Shown: positions 30,465-40,339 of the stretch, piece after piece
Layout: the number at the start of each line of letters is the position of its first letter
How positions within the stretch are numbered: the first letter of the stretch is position 1
Origin: Rickettsiales bacterium UBA6177
GTDB taxonomy: Bacteria > Pseudomonadota > Alphaproteobacteria > Rickettsiales > UBA6177
Direction: 5' to 3'
Assembly: GCA_002422875.1 (NCBI GenBank)
Contig: DITT01000027.1
Span: 11,482-75,481 of the forward strand
Length of the DNA: 64,000 bases
The notes under the pieces: generated by a model
Told to the model about the DNA's origin: nothing
Seen by the model: the letters and a program-made list of their open reading frames with translations, nothing else
Databases searched by the model: none
Translations under genes and position numbers: made by a program

Positions 30465-32297
30465 ATGACTTGGGAAATTGCTCTCACCTTATGCACGGTA
30501 CTTGCATTATTTATTCTTTTTATTCGTCAAACAGCAGAAACAGAGTTAGTTGCACTTGCTGCTGTTTCTGCACTGATGCTTGCGGGAATTTTATCAACAA
30601 AAGATATGCTAAGTGTTTTTTCCAATTCTGCAGCAATGACGGTGGCTGCTATGTTTATTTTAAGCGCTGCGCTGGAAAAAACTGGTGTGATCGATGCGTT
30701 AGGGAAAATAGCAATAAAACTAGCCGAACGCAATATAATCTTTGCGTTAGGCAGTATATTTGTTGCCGTGTTTTTTAGTTCATTTTTTGTGAACAATACC
30801 TCGGTGGTGCTGATTATGATTCCGATCATGATGATGATGGCAAAAAAATTAGAAATGTCATCTTCAAAATTGCTGCTGCCGCTTTCTTATATTTCGATTC
30901 TTGGAGGCACTTGTACGCTTATCGGTACTTCGACTAATCTGCTGGTAGATGGCGTGTCACAACAGATGGGTCTCAAGCCTTTTGGTATGTTTGAAATATT
31001 ACTTCCAGGGCTTTGTTTAGCAGTGGCCGGGGCAGCCTATATGCTACTTATTGGCAATCACCTACTGCCCGCACGCGAAACATTGACTGATGTGTTTGAT
31101 AAAAATATAAAGCGTAAATATCTCTCGCAAATTATTATTCAAAAGGATTCTCCACTAATTGGTAAAACTCTTGCTGATAGTGGCTTGGTCCGCAGCAAAG
31201 AATTTGAAATTATCCAACATATTATATCTGAAGTGAAGCCATCACGCATAGATTCATTGATCAATCGTATAGATTCTGCGCGTATTTTCCGTAACTTAAT
31301 AAATAAGAGCGAAGAGTCAACATCTGTAGATATGCAAGCATTGTTAAATAAAAATGATCGTCTCGTGGTTATGTCCTGTCAGCGTAATATTTTAACAATT
31401 GATAAAACATTATCGTTATCTGCAGAAAAAATTAGTGAGGATGATACTGTTGTAATGGAAGGTATTATTGCTCCAGGTTCAAGTATTACCCGCCAGTTCG
31501 TCGATGGCTTTAACCAAAATAATCTTTATAACATACAAATTATTGCGGTGCATCGGCTAAACACAAAAATCAGCACAGATTTTAATACAGTAAAACTCTC
31601 TGTTGGCGATACCGTACTTATCAAAGGCAAGGAAGCCGAACTGATGAAAATTTTTAAAAATGACGAGTTGATTAACCTTAGCAAACCAGAACACGAACCC
31701 TACCGCAAGCAACACGCACCAATCGCCATTGCTGCACTGTTTGTTGCAGTGGGCCTTGCAACCCTGAATATATTACCAATTGCTGGAGGGGCATTCGTGG
31801 CAGCTGTTATGGTGATGCTTACACGTTGTATTAAAGTGCGAGATGCGTATAAAGCGCTACAAGGTAGTGTTTTGCTGCTAATTTATGCGATGCTTGCCAT
31901 AAGCGTTGCTATGCAAAATACTGGCGCATTACAGTATGTGGTGGATGGTATTATGCAGGTCATACAAGGCTTGCCACCAGTAGTTATTATCTCTATACTT
32001 TACCTACTTACCTCTATCATCACTGAGATATTTAGTAATAATGCTGCGGCGGTGATGCTTACACCGATTGCGATTGGGTTGGCGAATAAAATGGGAGTTG
32101 ATCCACGCTCATTCGCAGTGGCAATCATGTTTGGTGCAAGCGCTAGTTTTGCAACGCCAGTAGGGTATCAAACAAATACGCTAGTGTTTAATGCCGGTGG
32201 TTACAAGTTTAAGGATTTCTTAAAAATTGGGCTACCGATGAACCTGCTGCTCTGGATTGTAGCTTCTATCGTGATACCATTGTATTATGGGTTATAA
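30465..32297 (+). CDS. SLC13/DASS-family anion permease with central TrkA-C (RCK_C) domains
   Basis: 610 aa. Polytopic N- and C-terminal halves (FVNNTSVVLIMIP / FSNNAAAVMLTPI repeat motif) flank a soluble insert of about 200 aa with two RCK_C-like repeats (SPLIGKTLADSGL..., ...GDTVLIKGKEAEL). GC content is clearly higher than in neighbouring genes. Confidence 0.85.
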   Translation: MTWEIALTLCTVLALFILFIRQTAETELVALAAVSALMLAGILSTKDMLSVFSNSAAMTVAAMFILSAALEKTGVIDALGKIAIKLAERNIIFALGSIFVAVFFSSFFVNNTSVVLIMIPIMMMMAKKLEMSSSKLLLPLSYISILGGTCTLIGTSTNLLVDGVSQQMGLKPFGMFEILLPGLCLAVAGAAYMLLIGNHLLPARETLTDVFDKNIKRKYLSQIIIQKDSPLIGKTLADSGLVRSKEFEIIQHIISEVKPSRIDSLINRIDSARIFRNLINKSEESTSVDMQALLNKNDRLVVMSCQRNILTIDKTLSLSAEKISEDDTVVMEGIIAPGSSITRQFVDGFNQNNLYNIQIIAVHRLNTKISTDFNTVKLSVGDTVLIKGKEAELMKIFKNDELINLSKPEHEPYRKQHAPIAIAALFVAVGLATLNILPIAGGAFVAAVMVMLTRCIKVRDAYKALQGSVLLLIYAMLAISVAMQNTGALQYVVDGIMQVIQGLPPVVIISILYLLTSIITEIFSNNAAAVMLTPIAIGLANKMGVDPRSFAVAIMFGASASFATPVGYQTNTLVFNAGGYKFKDFLKIGLPMNLLLWIVASIVIPLYYGL

Positions 32298-32490
32298 AAA
32301 TAGCTAAATTACAAAAAAAATTGATACTTAGGCTTTCAAAATACAGATTTAGATTTGCGATATTGCTGATTATGAATGATTTATATAGTCGAATTTTTTA
32401 ACAAAATCGAAAAACTTTTTTTATATGATATCGTTAACTGTTTATTTATTTTTTGAGAGTAAATTTCATTTACAAATATTTTAAGGTTTA

Positions 32491-33735
32491 ATGATGAAAA
32501 AATTAATTATTACAGATAAGGCTGATCTTTATGCACAAGTTGAGTCATTACAATTTTCACAAATTCCTAATAATATTTTTTCATTACTTGCTCAAAAATA
32601 TATTGGTACTCTTGCAAGTATTTATAAAAATAATGCATCACTTAAATATTTATATGCAAGCCTTCATTTACAAGAACGCTTAACAAGACATTATTACCAG
32701 AAGCCATCATTTAATATTACAAATATAGAAATTGCTAACCAAAATATTATGATCTCTGAGGAAGTGGTTATTAATGATCCATTTTGTAATCTTTTACATT
32801 TTAAAAAATCACATGACCTAAAACAGCAAAAATTACTTATTGCTGCTCCTATGTCAGGTCATTACGCTACATTATGTAAAAATACTATTGAAAGCTTACT
32901 TCCTTTTTTTGATGTATATTTAACAGATTGGAAAAATGCTCGTGATGTACCCCTCTCTTTAGGAAAGTTCAATCTTGATGACTATATAAATTATTGTATA
33001 AAATATATTTCTCATCTTGGAAGCGATGCAACTGTAATGGCAGTTTGTCAACCTGCCGTACCGGTGCTTGCAGCTACAGCTCTTATGGCAGCTAATAACG
33101 ATAAAAATACACCTAAAAATGTGATATTAATTGGTGGACCAATTGATACGCGAAAAAGCCCTACTAAAGTTAATTCTTTTGCTAATCAAAATAATATTTC
33201 ATGGTTTGAAGAAAATGTTATAACTGAAGTACCTGTTAATTATCCTGGTTTTAAAAGAAAAGTTTATCCAGGTTTTATACAATTAGCTGGTTTTATTTCT
33301 ATGAATTTTTTTAAACATTATAAAGAACATCGCAAAAATTTTCAGGCAATTATACAAAATGACCATGAATTTACTACTAAACATGAGAATTTCTATGATG
33401 AATATTTTTCAACGATGGATTTAACCGCAGAATTTTATTTACAAACTATCAATGTTGTCTTTAAAGAACATTTATTACCTAGAAAAGAATGGTATTCACA
33501 TGGTAAATTTATTGATCTTGATAAAATCACTAATACACGCTTATTAGCTATTGAAGGTGAATTAGATGATATTACAGGTAGTGGCCAAACAAAAGCAGCA
33601 ATAAATTTGTGCAGTAATATAAAAGCTAAAGATAAAAACTATATTTATCAAAAAAATGCTGGCCATTACGGTCTTTTTTCTGGTTCGAAATTCAAAAATT
33701 ATATCATACCGCAAATAATTGATTTCTGTTTATAG
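32491..33735 (+). CDS. phaZ: intracellular polyhydroxyalkanoate depolymerase (PhaZ, TIGR01849-type)
   Basis: There is long collinear similarity to the Ralstonia PhaZa1-type enzymes as I recall them: APMSGHYATL, YLTDW.NARDVP, the catalytic-Cys box MAVCQPAVPVLAA, GGPIDTRKSPT.VN, YPGFIQLAGF and EGELDDITGSGQT. Confidence 0.88.
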   Translation: MMKKLIITDKADLYAQVESLQFSQIPNNIFSLLAQKYIGTLASIYKNNASLKYLYASLHLQERLTRHYYQKPSFNITNIEIANQNIMISEEVVINDPFCNLLHFKKSHDLKQQKLLIAAPMSGHYATLCKNTIESLLPFFDVYLTDWKNARDVPLSLGKFNLDDYINYCIKYISHLGSDATVMAVCQPAVPVLAATALMAANNDKNTPKNVILIGGPIDTRKSPTKVNSFANQNNISWFEENVITEVPVNYPGFKRKVYPGFIQLAGFISMNFFKHYKEHRKNFQAIIQNDHEFTTKHENFYDEYFSTMDLTAEFYLQTINVVFKEHLLPRKEWYSHGKFIDLDKITNTRLLAIEGELDDITGSGQTKAAINLCSNIKAKDKNYIYQKNAGHYGLFSGSKFKNYIIPQIIDFCL

Positions 33736-33794
33736 AGATTTATATTGAGTTACGAGATTTTCTTTAATCGCGCTTATCATTTCTAGTGCAGATT

Positions 33795-35045
33795 TCAACC
33801 TAATTCACAATCATCAAACATATCAAAATCTCTTACTTTACCAGCAATATTATCTATATCTGTTGCTATTAAATCTTTACAATATTCATTGTCTGGTAAT
33901 TGTGGGCAAATTTTAGAAACGCTTTCTGTAATATTTTCATTTGACAATATTAATTTTCTTAAAAAAATACTGTTAATATCAGTATCAACTAGATCATTAA
34001 ATAAATTAACCTTATCATTCAAATAACTTGTAACTTTCAGAAATAATAGCTTTTTTAAAAGAGGTGATATATTATCATCGTTAGTGATCTTTTTAAAATG
34101 ACTAAGTAATGTTTGAATATAATAGAGATCTTCAAACCCAAGACATTCATTTTCGATTAAGTTTATACCAGTCTCTTTTATTTTAAAGATATCACTCCAA
34201 ACATCTAGAGTTATCTTTATTATATCATTTTTGGCATTATAAGCATTTTGAATAAAAGGCTCTAGCTTAAAAATTTCACCTTGATTAATATTAATATCGA
34301 TGTCTGTGTCTGTGTCTGTGTTGGTATCTTTAATGATTGTTAAATTTTGACAAAATTCAATTATTGGTAATATTTCACGGAAATTCTCTCCTGAAATATC
34401 CCTAAGTATTTGATTTAAAGAATCTCGCTCTGGTACATAATATGTTAGAGCATCTATATAATATTGATTTTTAAGTAATACAGATTCTACAAAATTTGAT
34501 TGAATTAATTCACTTTTTGTTAAATAATGAGTATAATGTTTAGTAAAATTTGCATAATGGAATGTATCACTTGCTACTGATTCACAATCATGTAGGTATG
34601 CAATATATTTATATTTATTATCTGCTGCTAAATGCTTTATATGTGATATAGCACTTGAAACATCTTTAGCTTGATTATTATTTAAATAAAAATAAATGGT
34701 TTCAGCATTTGCTCGTATTCCAGAAAGATCATCATTAAAATGTACACCACTAAACAAGTGATATTGCGTGCTTGCATTTCCATGATAGAAAAAACCATTA
34801 ACATGTTCAGGCCCTAGATTATAAATCAAACTATTCGTACGACCATAGCCATCATTGATATCTTGGAAATTATTTTGGCCAAGGTAAACAGGGGTTTGAT
34901 TTTTTATATAATCTGGCGTAATGCATAGAATGCCTTGGTCATTAAAAGTACGTAAAAACCCATTAAAACTTGCAATTAACTCAGTTTTATCAGACACACC
35001 TATAAATTCTTCTTTAGAAACACATTTGATTGGCTGTGTACTCAT
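33795..35045 (-). CDS. hypothetical protein (orphan, with an internal Thr-Asp repeat and an acidic C-terminus)
   Basis: 416 aa with no signal peptide or TM segment and no family motif recognised. A central KDTNTDTDTDIDIN repeat is encoded by a hexanucleotide microsatellite. The C-terminus is FDMFDDCELG. Confidence 0.6.
   Translation of the reverse strand: MSTQPIKCVSKEEFIGVSDKTELIASFNGFLRTFNDQGILCITPDYIKNQTPVYLGQNNFQDINDGYGRTNSLIYNLGPEHVNGFFYHGNASTQYHLFSGVHFNDDLSGIRANAETIYFYLNNNQAKDVSSAISHIKHLAADNKYKYIAYLHDCESVASDTFHYANFTKHYTHYLTKSELIQSNFVESVLLKNQYYIDALTYYVPERDSLNQILRDISGENFREILPIIEFCQNLTIIKDTNTDTDTDIDININQGEIFKLEPFIQNAYNAKNDIIKITLDVWSDIFKIKETGINLIENECLGFEDLYYIQTLLSHFKKITNDDNISPLLKKLLFLKVTSYLNDKVNLFNDLVDTDINSIFLRKLILSNENITESVSKICPQLPDNEYCKDLIATDIDNIAGKVRDFDMFDDCELG
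34302..34319. repeat. (GTCTGT)x3 hexanucleotide microsatellite inside the 33795..35045 CDS
   Basis: Three perfect tandem GTCTGT units encode (Thr-Asp)3 on the minus strand. Degenerate units flank them (atcgat / gttggt). Confidence 0.9.
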
Positions 35046-35275
35046 TAAATCTTCCTTTTTTTAATTAAAATTAAGTCTATGTTATGTGCATTTTGTTCAA
35101 AAATATATTAACATATTTTAATCTTTATTGCAATAATTTTTTATATCAAATAAAAATTCTTACAGTAATCTTAAAGCAAAATCTTTATTAGCAGACTATA
35201 AAGCTCATATAAGCTAAAACTTGTTATCGATCGAATAAAAAATGATACAAAGGTATAACTTATTTTAAAAGCTAA

Positions 35276-35304
35276 TTGACACAACAAACAATTACTATTA
35301 TAAA
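35276..35304 (+). promoter_or_regulatory. sigma70-type promoter candidate for tRNA-His
   Basis: TTGACA (35276-35281), a 17-nt spacer, then TATAAA (35299-35304). It lies about 43 nt upstream of the tRNA 5' end. Confidence 0.5.
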
Positions 35305-35347
35305 CTTAGGTAGAAGGTTTGTGCTTTAAGCATAAATTTTCTGTGAT

Positions 35348-35425
35348 GGCGGATGTAGCTCAGTTGGTTAGAGCACCAGGTTGTGGTTCTGGGGGTCGCC
35401 GGTTCGAGACCGGTCATTCGCCCCA
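35348..35425 (+). tRNA. tRNA-His (anticodon GTG) with genome-encoded G-1 and 3' CCA
   Basis: The manual cloverleaf is as follows. G-1, acceptor GCGGATG/CATTCGC, D arm GCTCAGTTGGTTAGAGC, anticodon stem CCAGG/TCTGG with loop TTGTGGT, T arm GCCGG-TTCGAGA-CCGGT, discriminator C73, CCA. Confidence 0.95.
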
Positions 35426-35486
35426 CTCTTTATTAAAGTCTTTTTTAGCTTATACCTCTTAATTTTGACTCCAAGAGAATAAATGT

Positions 35487-37280
35487 ATGTCATATCTGAT
35501 TTCAATTAATTCAGGATCTCTTACTTTTGGTAATAGGTTAATCTTTAAAGATGTTAATTTAAATATATTTAAAGGTGATAAGATATGTATAGTAGGCAGA
35601 AATGGCTCTGGCAAATCTTCTTTAATGAAAGCTATGCAAGGAATAATCGACCTTGACTCTGGCACAATTTCAAAGAAAAAAAATCTTACTATTGGTTATC
35701 TTTCACAAGAATTAATTAATAATAATGCTAAAAATGTTTTTGAATATGTTTTTGCAGCTATTAAAGATAATTTACTTAATGATTTAGAAAATGAAAATCT
35801 TACATATAAAGCAGATGAAGTAGTCTATAATCTTGGTTTAAACAAAGATGCAACTTTAGACTCACTCTCTGGCGGGCAATTAAGGCGTGCTAACTTGGCT
35901 AAAATTTTACTTGAAGAGCCCGAGATTTTACTTCTTGATGAACCAACAAACCATATGGATATATATACGGTAAATTGGCTTGAAAACTATATAAGCAACT
36001 TTAATGGTGCAATATTGTTTGTAAGCCATGACAGAGCGTTTTTAAATAAAATCTCTAATAAAACAATATATCTAGATCGATATAATTTATATATTAATAA
36101 CAAAGGGTTTAGTGATTTTGAAGAATTTCAAAATCGAATTTGGGAACAAGAAAAAATTGAAATTGGTAAATTAGCTAAAAAATTACAAAGTGAAGAATTA
36201 TGGTTACAGCAAGGTGTTACAGCTAGGCGTAAGAGAAATCAAAATCGACTTCATAAATTATTTGAATTACGTGAAAAATTTTCTCAAGACACAGCGCGAA
36301 ACCTCAACCAAAACAAAGATCTAGGTTTTGCTAGCAGCTCAGGCAATATTAAACAATCTAAAATTGTGTTTGCTCTAAATAATATTGATTATGCATACGA
36401 CAATAATACATCTATTTTTAAAGATTTATCTCTCAATTTTTATAAAGGTGAAAAAATAGGTATTGTTGGCAGAAATGGTGTTGGGAAATCTACTTTACTC
36501 AAATTACTTTCTGGGCAACTTACCCCAAATGCAGGAACTATCACTAAGCCACAAAATTTTAAAATTGGTTACTTTGATCAAAACCGAGCTTTACTTGATG
36601 AAAATAAAAACTTACTTGAGACTTTAGAAACTGAATTTATATTTAGTAATAATGGCAGCGAACACGTATCTTCTTTCTTAAAAAAATTCTTATTTACTAG
36701 CGATCAATTAAATGCAAAAGTTAAATTGCTTTCTGGTGGTGAACAAAATAAATTAATGCTTGCTAAAATACTTGCTAAGCATACTGATTTATTAATCCTT
36801 GATGAACCTACTAATGATCTAGATATTAATAGCTTAGAGTTTTTACAAGAATTAATTTCTGAATATGAAGGTACTGTAATTATTAGTAGCCATGACAGAG
36901 ATTTTTTAGAAAAAATTGTTACCCGTACCATCACAGTAAGACCTCAGGTTATACTTGATCATTTCGGCTGGTATTTTCCAGAGGAAGAGAAAATAAGACA
37001 AGTTAAAAACAATAAAAAACTTCCTGTTCTTGAAAAAGCAACACCTCCTCAAAAAATTAAAATGTCTTATAATGAAATACTTGAATTAAAAGAACTACCA
37101 AGTAAAATCGAAAGTTGTAATTTAGTAATCAAAAAACTTGAGAAAACTCTTTCTGAAAATAACGTCCCTAATCAAGAATTATTATATAAAGAATTAGCTG
37201 ACAATATTATTGTTCTTCATAATTATGAAGAACGATGGCTTATCCTTGAAGAAAAAAACGATAACCTAAAAAATAAATAA
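35487..37280 (+). CDS. uup: ABC-F family ATPase (Uup-like, two NBDs plus a C-terminal coiled coil)
   Basis: Two NBDs are present (GRNGSGKSS / LSGGQLRR / LLLDEPTNHMD, and GRNGVGKST / LSGGEQNK / LILDEPTNDLD). There is no TMD, and a charged tail of about 90 aa follows. Confidence 0.8.
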   Translation: MSYLISINSGSLTFGNRLIFKDVNLNIFKGDKICIVGRNGSGKSSLMKAMQGIIDLDSGTISKKKNLTIGYLSQELINNNAKNVFEYVFAAIKDNLLNDLENENLTYKADEVVYNLGLNKDATLDSLSGGQLRRANLAKILLEEPEILLLDEPTNHMDIYTVNWLENYISNFNGAILFVSHDRAFLNKISNKTIYLDRYNLYINNKGFSDFEEFQNRIWEQEKIEIGKLAKKLQSEELWLQQGVTARRKRNQNRLHKLFELREKFSQDTARNLNQNKDLGFASSSGNIKQSKIVFALNNIDYAYDNNTSIFKDLSLNFYKGEKIGIVGRNGVGKSTLLKLLSGQLTPNAGTITKPQNFKIGYFDQNRALLDENKNLLETLETEFIFSNNGSEHVSSFLKKFLFTSDQLNAKVKLLSGGEQNKLMLAKILAKHTDLLILDEPTNDLDINSLEFLQELISEYEGTVIISSHDRDFLEKIVTRTITVRPQVILDHFGWYFPEEEKIRQVKNNKKLPVLEKATPPQKIKMSYNEILELKELPSKIESCNLVIKKLEKTLSENNVPNQELLYKELADNIIVLHNYEERWLILEEKNDNLKNK

Positions 37281-37336
37281 ACCTAATAATCTCTTGTATT
37301 TCACTTTTTAATTTTTAGAATTTGTTCATTATCAGA

Positions 37337-38581
37337 TTAAAAACTTTCTTTAAACCATTCAATAATTGCACCTAGATAACTTTTAGGATTATTTTTATCT
37401 TTTATATAAAAATTATTATTTACTTTTTGTGAGATTTTCTTAAGCATCCCAAGACTTGCTGCAAATACAACCATATCAGCAACTTTATGTAAATTTTCTA
37501 TTTTGGCTGGTTTTGCTAACCTAATTTTTGCTTTAAAAATATTTCCAGCAATATTTTCTATCCCAGGTAATAAGCTTGTACCACCTGTTAGTACTACTCT
37601 ATAATCAGAGTGATTTTGAAAATTATTTTTTTTAAGCATACAATCATTTATAAGCTCAAAAATTTCTTCAATGCGCGAAGCAATTATTTGATTTAATTTA
37701 GCATTTGAAACATTACAAATTTCACTTTCATCATTATCATTAATAGCAAGTTCAAGTAATTTATGACTATCAGCAAAACTAATCAATGATGAGCCATATA
37801 ATATTTTAGCACGCTCTGCACTTTTTAAGCTAATAGAAAGTGTTTTAGCAATGTCATTAGTAATATTATCACCACCAAAAGGTACTGATCCTGAATATAA
37901 TAACTTAGAATTATGATAATATGCAAAACTAGCACAAGCACCACCAATATCTAGCAATATTGCACCAATTTTCTTTTCATCTTCATTTAAGCAACTGTAT
38001 GAGGATGATATTGCGCTTAAATCAATTTCTTCTATATCAATCTGACAATCAGCAATACAGTTTATCATATTATAAACTATAGAAGTTGGTAATACTGTAA
38101 TTTGCATCATTAATTTTAGTTTATGACCAAATAAACCTTCGGGATTTTCGATACCTTTTATGTTATCAATACTATAAGTAACAGGATTAAAATTTATTAT
38201 TTCATGATCTTTAATATTAAAATTTTCAATAGTATATTCTGTAAGATTTTTTATATTTGCAGCTGTAATTACTGAACCTTTTAACTGAATATCAGAATCA
38301 ACAATCACACTTTTAACTTTATCTGAAGAAAATATAATATATGCTTTTTCAACTCTTACTTCAGCAGATTGTTCTGCTGATTCTAAGGCTGTTAAAATTG
38401 AGTTTTGAAGTAATTTTCTATTAGTAATAACGCCGGCTCGAAAGCCTTTAGATTTGCAATAACTAGAGCTAATAATTTGGTAATCACCATTATCTTGCAT
38501 AATTGCAATTAAGCAAACAATTTTAATTGAGCCAATATCAATAATTGTAACTATATTATTTTTATTTTTTTTATTAAACAT
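37337..38581 (-). CDS. ftsA: cell division protein FtsA
   Basis: 414 aa actin-fold protein (IIDIGSIKIVCLI, LDIGGACASF, VLTGGTSLLPGI) immediately downstream of ftsQ. Confidence 0.9.
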   Translation of the reverse strand: MFNKKNKNNIVTIIDIGSIKIVCLIAIMQDNGDYQIISSSYCKSKGFRAGVITNRKLLQNSILTALESAEQSAEVRVEKAYIIFSSDKVKSVIVDSDIQLKGSVITAANIKNLTEYTIENFNIKDHEIINFNPVTYSIDNIKGIENPEGLFGHKLKLMMQITVLPTSIVYNMINCIADCQIDIEEIDLSAISSSYSCLNEDEKKIGAILLDIGGACASFAYYHNSKLLYSGSVPFGGDNITNDIAKTLSISLKSAERAKILYGSSLISFADSHKLLELAINDNDESEICNVSNAKLNQIIASRIEEIFELINDCMLKKNNFQNHSDYRVVLTGGTSLLPGIENIAGNIFKAKIRLAKPAKIENLHKVADMVVFAASLGMLKKISQKVNNNFYIKDKNNPKSYLGAIIEWFKESF

Positions 38582-39378
38582 TATTTTTTCTTTTCAATAA
38601 ATATTCTTTTTTCAGTCCTTAAATCAATAGATATTACATCATCATTTAAGAACTCATTATTTTTATTAATTTTTAGTAAAATATTCCATGCTTCTTCAAG
38701 ATTCTCTTCAGGTAATTTGATTTCTAAATCTTCATTAAACCTAACATTCCATCTTCTCTCACTGATTCTTATAATAGAAGTAATTTTACTATATAATTCT
38801 TTGTTTTTACTAATTATAGGATATAACTCGTTGATGTATAAGTTAATATCATCGCAAATCAGAATAGGTAAATGCTTAAATTCAGCAAATTTATCATAAT
38901 TAATTTTTACGCTATTAATGTCAAAAAGGTATAATTTTTTCTGATATTGCCATATTCCTATAGGTTCTCTTTCCATTATTCCAATATATAATGAATTTGG
39001 TAATTTTCTATATATAACAGAATTTAAAACCCACGGTACATTATCAATATTTTCTTTTATTTGTTCAACTGACTTTTTAAAAATTGAATCACCAATTTTC
39101 AGCTCTGCTGCTGCTATAATAGCTTTTGTACTAGATTTTTTTTGTCCTTCTAAATACACATTTTCTAAAGCAAAGAACTTATTTTCAAAAATAGCATGTA
39201 ATATTCCATCTATTTTATTTTTTTTATAAGAATCTAAATAATTATAAAAAAAATAACAAGATAAACATATTGTTATCAGCAAAATTACTAAACGTCCAAA
39301 ATTTCCAATTTTACTAAAAAACTTAGTTAATTTTCTTTGTTCTAGCTTTGAATTTCTATATGTTTTTTTTCTTTGCAT
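38581..39378 (-). CDS. ftsQ: cell division protein FtsQ
   Basis: 265 aa bitopic protein: basic N-terminus, one TM segment (LVILLITICLSCYFF), and a POTRA-like region. It lies between ddl and ftsA. Confidence 0.8.
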   Translation of the reverse strand: MQRKKTYRNSKLEQRKLTKFFSKIGNFGRLVILLITICLSCYFFYNYLDSYKKNKIDGILHAIFENKFFALENVYLEGQKKSSTKAIIAAAELKIGDSIFKKSVEQIKENIDNVPWVLNSVIYRKLPNSLYIGIMEREPIGIWQYQKKLYLFDINSVKINYDKFAEFKHLPILICDDINLYINELYPIISKNKELYSKITSIIRISERRWNVRFNEDLEIKLPEENLEEAWNILLKINKNNEFLNDDVISIDLRTEKRIFIEKKK

Positions 39379-40339
39379 AATTTATTTTTGCATCTTCAAT
39401 TATTGACTTAAGCAAATCCTCATATTTAATGCCATTTTTTACAGCAATTTCAGGAACTATTGAAAGTGATGTAAAACCAGGATGTGTATTAATTTCAAGT
39501 AGATAAAACTCATCTTCATTTTCATTATATAGAAATTCAACTCTTGCTGCACCAGTACAGCCAGCTAATTTATAGACTTCTTCGGATATTTTAAGAGATC
39601 TTTGAGTTGCAGTGCTTGATAACGGTGCTGGACAAATATGCTCTGCAAAACCTTCACTATATTTTGTTTCATAATCATAGATTTTACTTTTTAATAATTT
39701 TATTTCTAAATTACCAATTGCCTTACCACATAGTACAGCTACTTGAATTTCTCTACCAGTAATAAATTCCTCAACTATTGCATCATCACCAAATTCAAAA
39801 TTATAATCATGCGCATTTCTTGTACCCTTTTCAAAAAAAGCTTCAACCCCATATGTTGAACCTTGGGAAACAGGCTTAATAATAAACGGCCTTGGAAAGG
39901 GTTCTGCTGGATAACTTTCGTATTTATTTATGATAACTCTATTAGCTGCTTTTATTCCTGCATTAGTAAAGATTGTTTGAGAGTAAATTTTATTCATTGA
40001 AAGAGCTGAAGAACCAACATTTGAGTGCGTGTATGGAATGTTCATTATCTCAAGCAATCCCTGAATACATCCATCTTCACCATATGTACCATGCAAAGCA
40101 TTAAACACTAAATCAGGCTTTAGTTGATCAAGCACTATTGCTATATCTCTACCCATATCAATAGCAGTAACTGTGTAACCCATATTTATAAGCTTATCAA
40201 CTACTGATTTACCACTTGCAAGAGATACTTCTCTTTCTGCTGACATACCCCCATAAATTACTGCAATATGTTCAGCATTATGATCTGTACTAAAAATTGT
40301 ATTTGTAATCTTTGATTTTAAGTTTGTTTGATAATTCAT
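39356..40339 (-). CDS. ddl: D-alanine--D-alanine ligase
   Basis: Blocks IAVIYGGMSAEREVSL, FNALHGTYGEDGCIQGLLE, and an ATP-grasp C-terminus (RVEFLY....FYLLEINTHPGFT). Confidence 0.92.
   Translation of the reverse strand: MNYQTNLKSKITNTIFSTDHNAEHIAVIYGGMSAEREVSLASGKSVVDKLINMGYTVTAIDMGRDIAIVLDQLKPDLVFNALHGTYGEDGCIQGLLEIMNIPYTHSNVGSSALSMNKIYSQTIFTNAGIKAANRVIINKYESYPAEPFPRPFIIKPVSQGSTYGVEAFFEKGTRNAHDYNFEFGDDAIVEEFITGREIQVAVLCGKAIGNLEIKLLKSKIYDYETKYSEGFAEHICPAPLSSTATQRSLKISEEVYKLAGCTGAARVEFLYNENEDEFYLLEINTHPGFTSLSIVPEIAVKNGIKYEDLLKSIIEDAKINYAKKKNI

Noticed and set aside
30470-30829. Two ORFs of about 100 aa (30470..30778 + and 30527..30829 -) inside the DASS transporter gene.
   Set aside because: They are Cys/Arg-rich or Ala/Ser-rich nonsense translations. 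The locally elevated GC content of the transporter gene removes stop codons in the alternative frames.
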